From assembly GCA_020443075.1 (NCBI GenBank), contig JAGRIU010000034.1, positions 23,421-87,420 of the forward strand: 64,000 nucleotides of DNA. Reading direction: 5' to 3'. Positions 53,826 through 63,050 of this stretch are shown here, piece by piece; position 1 is the stretch's first letter; the number at the start of each line of letters is the position of its first letter. The position numbers and the translations under genes are program-made. The notes beneath the pieces are model-generated. The model ran no database searches, was not told where the DNA came from, and worked only from the letters and a program-made list of their open reading frames with translations. This stretch comes from Alphaproteobacteria bacterium. Its GTDB lineage: Bacteria; Pseudomonadota; Alphaproteobacteria; Micavibrionales; Micavibrionaceae.

Positions 53826-56360
53826 TTGACCCAGAACCTCGTCATTGTGGAATCGCCGGCCAAGGCCAAAACCATCGGGAAATATCTCGGCCCGGGTTTC
53901 GAAGTGCTGGCCTCATTTGGCCACGTGCGCGATCTGGTCGGCAAAGACGGCTCTGTACTGCCGGATGAGGATTTCGCCATGCGCTGGCAACTGGGCGAGC
54001 GCTCGGCCAAGCATGTCAGCGACATCAAACGCGCGGTGAAAAAGGCCGATGCCGTTTGGCTCGCGCCCGACCCGGACCGCGAGGGAGAAGCCATTGCCTG
54101 GCACGTGCAGGAACTTCTCGAAGAAGACGGCCTGCTGGCGGGCAAAGACGTTCACCGCGTCACCTTTAACGAAATCACCAAAACCGCCGTGCAAAAAGCC
54201 TTTCAAAATGCCCGCGGTCTGGATAAGCCCCTGATCGAAGCCTATCTGGCGCGCCGGGCGCTGGATTATCTGGTCGGCTTTACGCTTTCGCCCGTTCTCT
54301 GGCGCAAATTGCCGGGCTCCAAATCGGCCGGGCGCGTACAATCTGTGGCGCTGCGTCTGATTTGCGAACGCGAAGCCGAGATCGAAATTTTCAAGGCGCA
54401 GGAATACTGGTCCATCGAAACCCGCTTGCATACACCCGAAGGCGCACCTTTTACCGCACGCCTGACGCATCTGGCGGGGAACAAACTCGGGAAGCTGGAC
54501 ATTAGCAGCGAAGCCGATGCACAAAAAGCCGTCGAGCGCATCCGCCACAAAAATCTGTCCGTGCAAAATATTGAGAAAAAGCAGGTCCGCCGCAATCCGG
54601 CCCCGCCTTTTATCACCTCGTCCTTGCAAATGGAGGCCTCGCGCAAGCTGGGCTTTAGCGCAGCCCACACCATGCGCGTCGCCCAAGGTCTATACGAGGC
54701 CGGATATATTACTTATATGCGAACGGATGGCACAACGCTTTCGGGCGAAGCGGTGGCCCAGGCCCGCAGCGTCATTAAAAAGGAATACGGCGATAAGTAC
54801 GTCCCCGAAGCGCCGCGCCTGTATAAGTCAAAAGCCAAGAACGCACAGGAAGCCCACGAAGCGATCCGCCCGACCGACCTGTCGAAAATTCCCGGCCGGC
54901 AAGGCTCGCCCATGTCTGATGAAAACCAGCGCAGACTCTATGAGCTCATTTGGAAACGAACCGTAGCGTCACAAATGGAAAACGCTGTGATGGATCAAAT
55001 GGCCGTTGATATTTCCGATGGAACCGACGATGTCATTTTGCGCGCCAATGGCTCGGTCGTCACTTTCGATGGTTTCCTGACCCTGTATCAGGAAAACGAC
55101 AACGATGATGCGCCGGAAAAAGAGGGCGATGAAAATGATCGCCGCCTGCCGCCGCTTAACCAAGGCGATAAAACCAAGCTTGTCGATGTCAAGCCCGACC
55201 AGCATTTCACCCAGCCTCCGCCGCGCTATACCGAGGCCTCTTTGGTCAAAAAAATGGAAGAACTCGGTATCGGCCGTCCCTCGACTTATGCTTCGATTTT
55301 GCAGGTCTTGCGCGACCGTAACTACGTCACCATGGATTCGCGCCGCTTTATCCCGCAAGACCGCGGCCGCGTGGTGACCACCTTCCTGACCAATTTTTTC
55401 GCTCGCTATGTCGATTACGATTTCACGGCTAATCTCGAAGAAGAGCTCGATGCGATCGCCGGCGGTCATGTGCAGTGGAAAGAGGCTCTGCGCCAGTTCT
55501 GGGTGGATTTCAAAGCCGCCGTCGATCAAACCAAAGAACTGACCATCACCGATGTGATTAATCATCTGGACGAGGATTTGGGGCCGCACTTCTTTCCCGA
55601 AGGTGACGCTAGCCGCAAATGCCAGGCCTGTGCCGAAACACATGGCGATGGCCGGTTGGGCCTAAAACTCGGTAAATTCGGCGCGTTCATAGGCTGTTCG
55701 AACTACCCCGAATGTAAATTCACCAAGCCGCTTGTCGTGCCGGACAAGGAAGGCGATGAGGATTCTGATGCCGCCGCGCTGGCGAATGAGCCGAAAATTC
55801 TCGGCGAAGAACCCGGCACAGGCCGCACCGTATCTCTGCGCCGCGGGCCGTATGGTCCTTATGTGCAGATCGATCCGGCACCCACGGACATCGTGGATCT
55901 AGGCCCTTATGAAGCCGAGCTCAAAGCTTGGGAAGAGGCAAAGAAAGCTGCCAAAGCCGAAGGCAAAAAAGCCCCTAAAAAGCCGAAAAAACCCACCGCG
56001 CCCAAGCCTAAACGTCAAGGCTTGCCAAAGGGGCTATCCCCGGCGGATGTAACGCTGGAAAAAGCTTTAAGTCTGCTGGCCTTGCCGCGTGATGTCGGTG
56101 AGCATCCCGAAACCGGAAAAATGATCAAGGCCGGAATAGGGCGCTTTGGCCCCTTCGTCCAGCATGACGGAAAATTCGCCTCCATTCCCAAAGACGAGGA
56201 TGTGATGACGATCGGCATGAACCGGGCTGTGGACCTGATCGCGCAAAAAGAAAAGCGCGATGCGGAAAAAGCGGCCAAAGGCACCGCACCGAAAACGGCG
56301 AAAAAGCCCGTTAAAAAACCGGCTAAAAAGAAAGCGACCAAAAAGAAAAAGAGCGCTTAA
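53826..56360 (+). CDS. topA: DNA topoisomerase I
   Basis: TOPRIM start LVIVESPAKAKTIGKYLG, the active-site region GYITYMRTDG, one Cys4 zinc ribbon and a Lys-rich tail. TTG start lies 1 nt after the dprA stop. Confidence 0.95.
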   Translation: MTQNLVIVESPAKAKTIGKYLGPGFEVLASFGHVRDLVGKDGSVLPDEDFAMRWQLGERSAKHVSDIKRAVKKADAVWLAPDPDREGEAIAWHVQELLEEDGLLAGKDVHRVTFNEITKTAVQKAFQNARGLDKPLIEAYLARRALDYLVGFTLSPVLWRKLPGSKSAGRVQSVALRLICEREAEIEIFKAQEYWSIETRLHTPEGAPFTARLTHLAGNKLGKLDISSEADAQKAVERIRHKNLSVQNIEKKQVRRNPAPPFITSSLQMEASRKLGFSAAHTMRVAQGLYEAGYITYMRTDGTTLSGEAVAQARSVIKKEYGDKYVPEAPRLYKSKAKNAQEAHEAIRPTDLSKIPGRQGSPMSDENQRRLYELIWKRTVASQMENAVMDQMAVDISDGTDDVILRANGSVVTFDGFLTLYQENDNDDAPEKEGDENDRRLPPLNQGDKTKLVDVKPDQHFTQPPPRYTEASLVKKMEELGIGRPSTYASILQVLRDRNYVTMDSRRFIPQDRGRVVTTFLTNFFARYVDYDFTANLEEELDAIAGGHVQWKEALRQFWVDFKAAVDQTKELTITDVINHLDEDLGPHFFPEGDASRKCQACAETHGDGRLGLKLGKFGAFIGCSNYPECKFTKPLVVPDKEGDEDSDAAALANEPKILGEEPGTGRTVSLRRGPYGPYVQIDPAPTDIVDLGPYEAELKAWEEAKKAAKAEGKKAPKKPKKPTAPKPKRQGLPKGLSPADVTLEKALSLLALPRDVGEHPETGKMIKAGIGRFGPFVQHDGKFASIPKDEDVMTIGMNRAVDLIAQKEKRDAEKAAKGTAPKTAKKPVKKPAKKKATKKKKSA

Positions 56361-56505
56361 AGTACAAAAAAGAAAAGCGCCTTATAATCTTGCGCCCGGT
56401 GAAGAGGGTATGGTATATCCGACAGCAGCTCTATACTTTACGAAAATAAAATATAGAGTCATACGTTTTTAAGTCGTGAAAATCTGAAGTGTGGGCGCAA
56501 CATCA

Positions 56506-58041
56506 ATGCCAAAGCCTTTATATTCTTTTGTTACGGCGGCATTATTAACCGCTACCGCATCCGCAACGAGCCTCGAAAAAACTTCCAATCCGGAGTTTGA
56601 GAGTGCATCAACACTGAATCCCGCGGTCTATTTAAGCCCGATCGCCATTAAGGGCCTATCGCCCAAACCCAGAGGCCAGAACGATAACATGGCCCCCGAG
56701 GAATCCGTCGTCAGTGTCCGCGCCGCCAGTGACAACGGCCAGAAATTCTGCAGTATCGGCGGATTGATTTCCGCTTCGAAAAAACTGATTTCCTTGGGCG
56801 ACTTTAAAAAAGGCGTGAAAGAGAATCTGGGCTGGGATAGCATCTTTGCAAAATATCCAGCCGTAGAGGGAAAGCGCAGAGCGCCGATCACGGATGCGCG
56901 CGTAGGTTTTGCCAAGTCTGAAAACGATTTCGGCTGGCAGCGCATGGGCTTTCCTCTACAGTCTTTCACCGAAGCGGGTCTTTTGGAATCGGACGCCAAA
57001 CTACAAATCGGCGGCACGTATTATGCGGCCGATATTGATCCGAATAATAGCTATAACCTTAGAATTACCGACCCCCGCACACTCAACACTTACGTAGAGG
57101 CGCTGGCAAAGGGGGAGCCCATTACCGCCTACGCGCTCAGCGCCAATGAAAGAGCCCCCAAAGTGGGACAGTATATCTCCCAAGGAAACAGGGACGTTAG
57201 CGGTGAACTCACCGCCTGTTTGCAAGACTTGGAAAAAACCGATGTGATTGAATCGCGCGTGCCCACAATCACATTCACGCCGATTGAAATGACCAATCCG
57301 GACGGCAGCCCGCGTTTTCCGGTGGAAGAACTGAAACAGATTTTCGGGATGCAATGCCTGCCGTGGCCGGAAGACGCCGCGCAGAGTGCGCAGCTTGTCT
57401 CCGTGGATCACGGTACAGGGCTGCTGGCCCCGTTTGCCCACGGCGTAAAATTCCCCCAAGGCATAAAATTCGCCGACGGCACGTCTTTGCCGCCCGGTTC
57501 CATCGCCGTGGCCGATTACATCAAAAGTCAGGCCCCATATAGCGATAGCGAAGGTTATCACAACGGGCTGGAGCTTTCTGAAAGCCTGCAGGACGATACC
57601 AAAACCACATGCCTGAGCAATGTGCCGGTTATTTTTCCGGAGGATGAATATCCGGGCATCACCGGTATTCCACCTATATCACCGGTACCGCCCGGAAATC
57701 CGGATCTCCCCGATATTGTCTATTGGCCGCATTATCCCTACCCGTACGATCCACCTTACGGGCCACCATGTTGCGGCGGCGGGGGCGGAAATCCGCCGCC
57801 GGGAACGCCGCCCCCGCCTGTGATTCCACCCCCCGTGGAGCCTCCTCCCGTGGAACCGCCGCCCGTGGAACCGCCGCCCGTGGAACCGCCGCCCGTGGAA
57901 CCGCCGCCCGGAAAAGTGCCTAACCCTTCGTCAGCATTCCTCCTCGCTGCAGGTATGATCGCTTTTGCGGCGCGAAGACTGAGGCCAACACGTAAAACAG
58001 CGCCGACCGCCAGCGGCTCTTCACCGCAGCCGGGCGCATAA
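56506..58041 (+). CDS. Secreted protein with a Pro-rich (PPVEP)x5 stalk and a PEP-CTERM-like C-terminal anchor
   Basis: Signal peptide MPKPLYSFVTAALLTATASA. The C-terminus VPNPSSAFLLAAGMIAFAARRLR follows the PEP-CTERM layout (VPEPS, TM, RR), then carries a 19-aa extra tail. Confidence 0.6.
   Translation: MPKPLYSFVTAALLTATASATSLEKTSNPEFESASTLNPAVYLSPIAIKGLSPKPRGQNDNMAPEESVVSVRAASDNGQKFCSIGGLISASKKLISLGDFKKGVKENLGWDSIFAKYPAVEGKRRAPITDARVGFAKSENDFGWQRMGFPLQSFTEAGLLESDAKLQIGGTYYAADIDPNNSYNLRITDPRTLNTYVEALAKGEPITAYALSANERAPKVGQYISQGNRDVSGELTACLQDLEKTDVIESRVPTITFTPIEMTNPDGSPRFPVEELKQIFGMQCLPWPEDAAQSAQLVSVDHGTGLLAPFAHGVKFPQGIKFADGTSLPPGSIAVADYIKSQAPYSDSEGYHNGLELSESLQDDTKTTCLSNVPVIFPEDEYPGITGIPPISPVPPGNPDLPDIVYWPHYPYPYDPPYGPPCCGGGGGNPPPGTPPPPVIPPPVEPPPVEPPPVEPPPVEPPPVEPPPGKVPNPSSAFLLAAGMIAFAARRLRPTRKTAPTASGSSPQPGA
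57826..57909 (+). repeat. 15-bp in-frame tandem repeat (about 5.6 units) encoding PPVEP
   Basis: ccgccgcccgtggaa is repeated exactly three times (57856-57900). Two diverged units precede it and a partial unit follows. Confidence 0.9.
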
Positions 58042-58053
58042 ACCCGATAGGAT

Positions 58054-59484
58054 TTAATCGATAAGGGAGCGCTTTTGTTCCTGATAAAGCGCTGGGTCAA
58101 GCTTGCCCACGCCCTCGAAGACAACACAGTTGCGCCCGCCTTCTTTGGCCTGATAGAGCGAGGCATCGGCGCGCTCTAAAGCTTCCAAATACGTGTTTGG
58201 CTCTCCGGGATGAATGAGGGTCCCGCCAATGGATGTGGTCACGGGAATAGCTCCTTCCGGCGCGCCGACCTCAAAGACATCATCGGCAATCGAATGACGC
58301 AGGCGCTCGGCCACCATATGGGCGCGGCGCTCCGAAACATCGGGTAAAATCGCCACAAATTCCTCGCCGCCCGGCCGCGCCACAAGGTCAAAACTGCGCA
58401 AATTATCTTTCAAACGCTGGGCAAAGATTTTCAGAACCTCATCCCCGGCTTTATGCCCGTACGTATCATTCACCGTTTTGAAATGATCAATATCAATCAT
58501 CAACACGGCCAGGGATTTATTGCTATCCTGATTTTTCTCTAAAAGCTTTTGTAGGTGCACTTCCAGATAGCGCCGGTTATACAAACCCGTCAAACTGTCA
58601 GTAAGCGCCAGAGACAGGCTCAAATCATACGTCGAGCGCAAACGGGCTTGAAAACGATGCCGGCGGATCTGTGTGCGCACGCGCGCCAGTAATTCGTTAC
58701 GGTCCACGGGCCGCATAATATAATCATGGGCGCCGATCTCAAGACCTTGGGCAATGCGCTCCATATCCTCCGGGCCGCCGACCATAACCAGCGGAATATG
58801 ACGCGTACGCTCGGTATATTTCAAATGAGAACACAGCCTCAGCCCGTCTTCTTGCGCGAGATTTAGGCTGACAATCATCAATTCGAAATCATATGTTTTT
58901 GTAAGCTCCAGAGCCTCCCGACCGCCGGTGACGCTGGTGACCTCATCGTGGTCGCGCTCTAAAGCTTCGCGCATCTTGCTCAGTTCGAAATCTTTATCCT
59001 CGACGATCAGAATTTTGGCATTTTCACACGATTGTGTTGTAACGCTGGCGGTTTCTTCGACAACACCGAGCTGGGTCGCCGTATTTTCGCGCATCCGCCA
59101 CTCATCGGTCGACATCTTGAGCCGCACTAAAGAGCGCACGCGGGCCATCAGCGCCGTGTCGTTGATCGGTTTGCTCAGGAAATCATCCGCCCCGGCCTCC
59201 AGCCCGCGCACCCGGTCCTGCGGATCGGTCAAAGCTGTGACCATTACAACCGGAATGTGCGCGGTTGCCGGATTGGCTTTGATCCGCGTGCAAACCTCAA
59301 ATCCATCCATACCGGGCATCATCACATCCAGCAGCACAAGGTCCGGGCTTTCCTCCTCGACTTTACTCAACGCTTCGGGCCCGTTCATCGCAGTCAAAAC
59401 GTCGTAATAATCGCGCATCAACTTGGCTTCCAACAGCTTTACGTTGGGCAAAATATCATCGACAACCAAAATACGCGCAGACAT
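58054..59484 (-). CDS. pleD: Response regulator diguanylate cyclase PleD (REC-REC-GGDEF)
   Basis: Two receiver domains (LVLLDVMMPGMDG in the first) and a GGDEF domain with active site GGEEF and I-site RSFD five residues upstream. It directly follows divK. Confidence 0.9.
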   Translation of the reverse strand: MSARILVVDDILPNVKLLEAKLMRDYYDVLTAMNGPEALSKVEEESPDLVLLDVMMPGMDGFEVCTRIKANPATAHIPVVMVTALTDPQDRVRGLEAGADDFLSKPINDTALMARVRSLVRLKMSTDEWRMRENTATQLGVVEETASVTTQSCENAKILIVEDKDFELSKMREALERDHDEVTSVTGGREALELTKTYDFELMIVSLNLAQEDGLRLCSHLKYTERTRHIPLVMVGGPEDMERIAQGLEIGAHDYIMRPVDRNELLARVRTQIRRHRFQARLRSTYDLSLSLALTDSLTGLYNRRYLEVHLQKLLEKNQDSNKSLAVLMIDIDHFKTVNDTYGHKAGDEVLKIFAQRLKDNLRSFDLVARPGGEEFVAILPDVSERRAHMVAERLRHSIADDVFEVGAPEGAIPVTTSIGGTLIHPGEPNTYLEALERADASLYQAKEGGRNCVVFEGVGKLDPALYQEQKRSLID

Positions 59485-59494
59485 CCGCTTCCTT

Positions 59495-59860
59495 TTACTT
59501 CAAATAGCTCTCAACGACTTCCATGAAACGAGAGACGGAAATAGGCTTGGAGATATAATCTTCACAACCGCCTTCCCGAATCTTTTGCTCGTCCCCCTTC
59601 ATGGCAAAGGCCGTAACGGCAATCACGGGTATGGATTTAAGATCTTCATCGGCTTTAAGCGTTTTTGTGACCTCCAGCCCGGAAATTTCCGGCAGCTGAA
59701 TATCCATTAAAATCAAATCCGGTTTATGGGCGCGGGCCATATCAACCACGTTGCGCCCGTCATTGGTTTCAACGGTCTGAATACCGTGCGCTTTCAGCAA
59801 ATCGTGAAACAGCTTCATATTCAATTCATTATCTTCAACGATCAGGACGGTCTTGCTCAT
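59495..59860 (-). CDS. divK: Single-domain response regulator DivK
   Basis: [44 protein letters not shown] and YISKPI. The divK-pleD order is as in Caulobacter. Confidence 0.85.
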   Translation of the reverse strand: MSKTVLIVEDNELNMKLFHDLLKAHGIQTVETNDGRNVVDMARAHKPDLILMDIQLPEISGLEVTKTLKADEDLKSIPVIAVTAFAMKGDEQKIREGGCEDYISKPISVSRFMEVVESYLK

Positions 59861-59977
59861 GGGCTATAGCTTCAAAAAACTCACATATCTCAGATTATAA
59901 TGTGTTTATTGCTAAACGGTTAAAGTGTATAGGTTTTAAGGCTCTTTGAGAACCTTATTTTTCGGCGAAAGGAAGCA

Positions 59978-60892
59978 TTAATCAGCTTTCAAAGAGTGCG
60001 CTCTGGCCGTGCATTCGTCGGGCAGCTCCTCAAGTGCGACAAGTTTTTGCGAAATCGTGAAATCATCATATTCGACGGTCATATCGCTGATGATGCCGTT
60101 TTCGTGGAAAACGAGGTCCATTTCATAATCGGCGGTATCTTCTTCGCTGTTTTCAGGAAAAAACGCAAGCCGGACTTTCCGGGCCTGCGATTTTAAAAGC
60201 GCGGTATCAACATTCTCGTGCGGTCCAGATAGGAGAGGCGAAACAGTTTCTTGGCCGATAAAACTGTTAACCTCGACAGGCCCTTCGACGTCGCTGCCGT
60301 CAAAAATGGTGGCCTTGTAGAATGTTTCTCCGTTCTGAATGCTTTGAATCACCGCGCTGGTATGGGCAACCGGAAACAAAGTGCCTCTGGCCAGTTTATA
60401 AGAAAGATGCTCCGGCCGCGCATAATCGACCTGACCGTCTTGACCGGGTTTGATGGCGGCATCCCCGCGAATCTCTTCAAACACATCACCGTTTTGCCGC
60501 CGCTGGGAGCTAAACAAAAGCTGCGTTCCGGCAAAATCCTCGAAGGTTGAAAAATGACTGGCGATATGTACGGGCGGCGTATCGGCATATTCATAGAACA
60601 TGTTGAAACGGTGATCGGACACCCAGCCCTCACAGCTGCGCTCAAGCTGATAAAACATCTGCCCTGAAATATTGACGACTTGCGATCCGCTATGGGTCGC
60701 GATCAACCTGATATCGTAGAGAGCTTTATGAGGAACAAAATTTTCGGCCGTTTTACCGAGATTGTGATGCAATTTGGCTGTATGTGCCGCGCTGCGATCC
60801 ATCAATCTCTCGCGGTTCATCCACAAAATACCGGCAAGCAAGAGCGCCGGAATAAGAAGAAGCAAGGCAGGATTGAAAAGGCGTTGAGACAT
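59978..60892 (-). CDS. DUF1849/EipB-like periplasmic protein
   Basis: N-terminal anchor/signal, then FVPHKALYDIRL....GSQVVNISGQMFYQLERSCEGW, matching my recollection of the DUF1849 N-terminal block. Confidence 0.55.
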   Translation of the reverse strand: MSQRLFNPALLLLIPALLLAGILWMNRERLMDRSAAHTAKLHHNLGKTAENFVPHKALYDIRLIATHSGSQVVNISGQMFYQLERSCEGWVSDHRFNMFYEYADTPPVHIASHFSTFEDFAGTQLLFSSQRRQNGDVFEEIRGDAAIKPGQDGQVDYARPEHLSYKLARGTLFPVAHTSAVIQSIQNGETFYKATIFDGSDVEGPVEVNSFIGQETVSPLLSGPHENVDTALLKSQARKVRLAFFPENSEEDTADYEMDLVFHENGIISDMTVEYDDFTISQKLVALEELPDECTARAHSLKAD

Positions 60893-61258
60893 ATAAAACC
60901 TGTGTGAGAAAGGCGGCTAAAGCCAAAACTCCCCGATCATAGCAAACCCCTGTCTCATTAGAAAGGGATAAGCGCCTGTGTAGAGAGTCTTTCTGATCTG
61001 AGCCGAAAAATAATGAGCTTGGAACGCGGCAGGACAATTATGCCCGGCAAACGCTGCCCAAGGCGGGAAAAAATGGCCTAGTTTTACATAAGAAAAAAGC
61101 CTTAGGAAAGGTGGGGAGCATCAGAGGAAAGTCATAACATATTGATTTATAATAAAATTATTGATTTCCGATTCTGGCACGCCGTTCGCAATACTTTTAA
61201 CAAACAACAAACAAAACTTTAGGGATTGCCAATTAGGGATAAAAAAAGGGTAGCATTT

Positions 61259-62059
61259 ATGACTTCGGATATATTGCAAGATCAAACCTCTCATAACGCC
61301 CCGGCGCCATCATGGACGCTGGCGAAGATGCCGGCGCAAAGCCCGAGTGCAAACACGCTGCATTTACGCAAAAATATAGAGCTGTCCCGCGACGCCGGAT
61401 TTATCGAAGGCCGCCACGATATTTTCGATCTTCTGGCTCGTCATGGCCATGAAAAAGATGCTCTCGAACGCTCCTTGGGTGCCACGATCGCGCTGTTGAG
61501 GCGCTCTGGAGATATGTTGCGCGAGGCTGAAGAAACGATTGAAGTGCAAAATGCGCGCCTGGCACAACTGAATGAACAAATAAGAATCGAACCGGTTTCC
61601 GGTCTGCTCAGCCGTCGCGGTTTTGCCGAAATTCTTACCCGGGAGGTTGCGCGCACAAACCGTGGCCAGAATTCAGGCGGCTTGCTGGTAATGTTTAGCC
61701 TTGAAAATTTGAGCCGGATTCGCCGCCAGCACGGATCAAAAGCCGCCAACCGCGCCGTCGAGCTAATTACAAAAGCGCTTAAGGACGAAACCCGCATTGA
61801 AGATCATGCCGCGCGGATTTGCGACGAGGAATTTATCCTGCTCTTTACCGCCACACAAATGAAAGACGCACTGGAGCGCCTGCAAAACATGGCCATGCGC
61901 CTGAATAAACTGTCCTTGATCTGGGACGGCCGCGAAATTCGCCTGAATTTGAGTCTGGGTCTGAAGACCTACGAAACGGGCGAGGACGCCGAAGAAATTT
62001 TCACGGCGCTGAACGAAGATTTACAACGCAACCGCAAAGGACAAGCCATGGCGCGTTAA
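61259..62059 (+). CDS. GGDEF-domain protein with a degenerate active site (CDEEF) and a retained I-site (RIED)
   Basis: DSLTGL-like VSGLLSRRGF, a GGDEF fold, ARICDEEFILLF in place of GGDEF, and RxxD exactly five residues upstream. The N-terminal ~120 aa is helical. ATG at 61259. Confidence 0.7.
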   Translation: MTSDILQDQTSHNAPAPSWTLAKMPAQSPSANTLHLRKNIELSRDAGFIEGRHDIFDLLARHGHEKDALERSLGATIALLRRSGDMLREAEETIEVQNARLAQLNEQIRIEPVSGLLSRRGFAEILTREVARTNRGQNSGGLLVMFSLENLSRIRRQHGSKAANRAVELITKALKDETRIEDHAARICDEEFILLFTATQMKDALERLQNMAMRLNKLSLIWDGREIRLNLSLGLKTYETGEDAEEIFTALNEDLQRNRKGQAMAR

Positions 62060-62125
62060 AAAAATTACTCCTGGCCTGCCGGCCCTCCCCAACCCGAACC
62101 CAACCCAAAACGGCAGGCAAACCCA

Positions 62126-62187
62126 AGAAGCCCGGTCTTTTCAGAACAAACCTCCAAACTGAAAAGCCGGGCTTTCCCTTTCTCTTC
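62126..62187 (+). terminator. Possible terminator or structured element after 61259-62059
   Basis: aagaagcccggtcttttcag (62126-62144) pairs with ctgaaaagccgggctt (62159-62174) with one bulge, followed by the pyrimidine-rich tccctttctcttc. Confidence 0.3.
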
Positions 62188-62245
62188 GGCCGGTACGCAT
62201 CTCCTCTTTTGACTTGGCCCAAAAAACACTCTAAAATCCCGATTT

Positions 62246-63040
62246 ATGGAAGCCGCAGATTTAGTATTCAACACCCAAGAGCCGGAACGCGACGGCCCGG
62301 CCGATAATGATGCCGTTTTCGACCTTGAGCCTTCGCCGCTCATGGCCGATCTTTTTTCGCGTCCCGTTCATGTAGGGCTGGATTCACGCTCTGAAAATGA
62401 CCGCAATCGCATAGTGATCGAACTTGAACGCATGGGAATGCGCCGCCGTAGCGGCCTCAGGCCGCAAGTCCTCATTCCCGAGCGCCGTAACGGCTCTTTG
62501 GCTCTGCTCGGCGATCTTGACGGTGACAGAGAAGCCGAAGAAGAAAGACGCGCCGTTCTTGAGCGTTTTCTCGCCGCAATGGCATACTACGATGCTCTGT
62601 ACTATCAAACACTGACGTTGGTCCAGAACGCTATGGATCAAACCGATCAGGCGATTGAAGTCTTGGATCAACAAATCGAGATCATCGAAGCCGATCAAAA
62701 TCCGGCCGAAAAGCTGATGGGCAACTTTAACCCGGACAGTCCGGCACAAAAACTCAAAGACCGCCGCTCGCGGTTGAAAAATTTCCGCGACAAAACCTTG
62801 CGGGCACATCAAGAAACCCTGCAATCGAAAGAAAATCTTCCATCGGAAGAACAGCTCAACAAGATTCAAATACAAATTAACAAAGAAACGGCCGAATTAG
62901 ATATTTCCGCTCTGGCCAGCGCCAATCCGAAAGCCGCGAAAACTAAGGGCAAAAGCGGCAAGAGCAAAGCCGGCAAAACGGACGACGAAGATGAGAAAGA
63001 AAAGCCGCCTATGCCCGATCTGGGCAACGACGGGGCTTAA
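62246..63040 (+). CDS. Hypothetical coiled-coil protein with a Lys-rich tail
   Basis: 264-aa ORF with a heptad-like central region (QTDQAIEVLDQQIEIIEADQN...) and a KAAKTKGKSGKSKAGK tail. No domain recognised. Confidence 0.45.
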   Translation: MEAADLVFNTQEPERDGPADNDAVFDLEPSPLMADLFSRPVHVGLDSRSENDRNRIVIELERMGMRRRSGLRPQVLIPERRNGSLALLGDLDGDREAEEERRAVLERFLAAMAYYDALYYQTLTLVQNAMDQTDQAIEVLDQQIEIIEADQNPAEKLMGNFNPDSPAQKLKDRRSRLKNFRDKTLRAHQETLQSKENLPSEEQLNKIQIQINKETAELDISALASANPKAAKTKGKSGKSKAGKTDDEDEKEKPPMPDLGNDGA

Positions 63041-63050
63041 GCATTCAAGG

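Noticed and set aside
57826-57909. Short regular repeats that could be taken for a CRISPR-like array
   Set aside because: The period is 15 bp with no spacers. The repeats are in frame and encode PPVEP inside a long ORF, so this is a coding tandem repeat.
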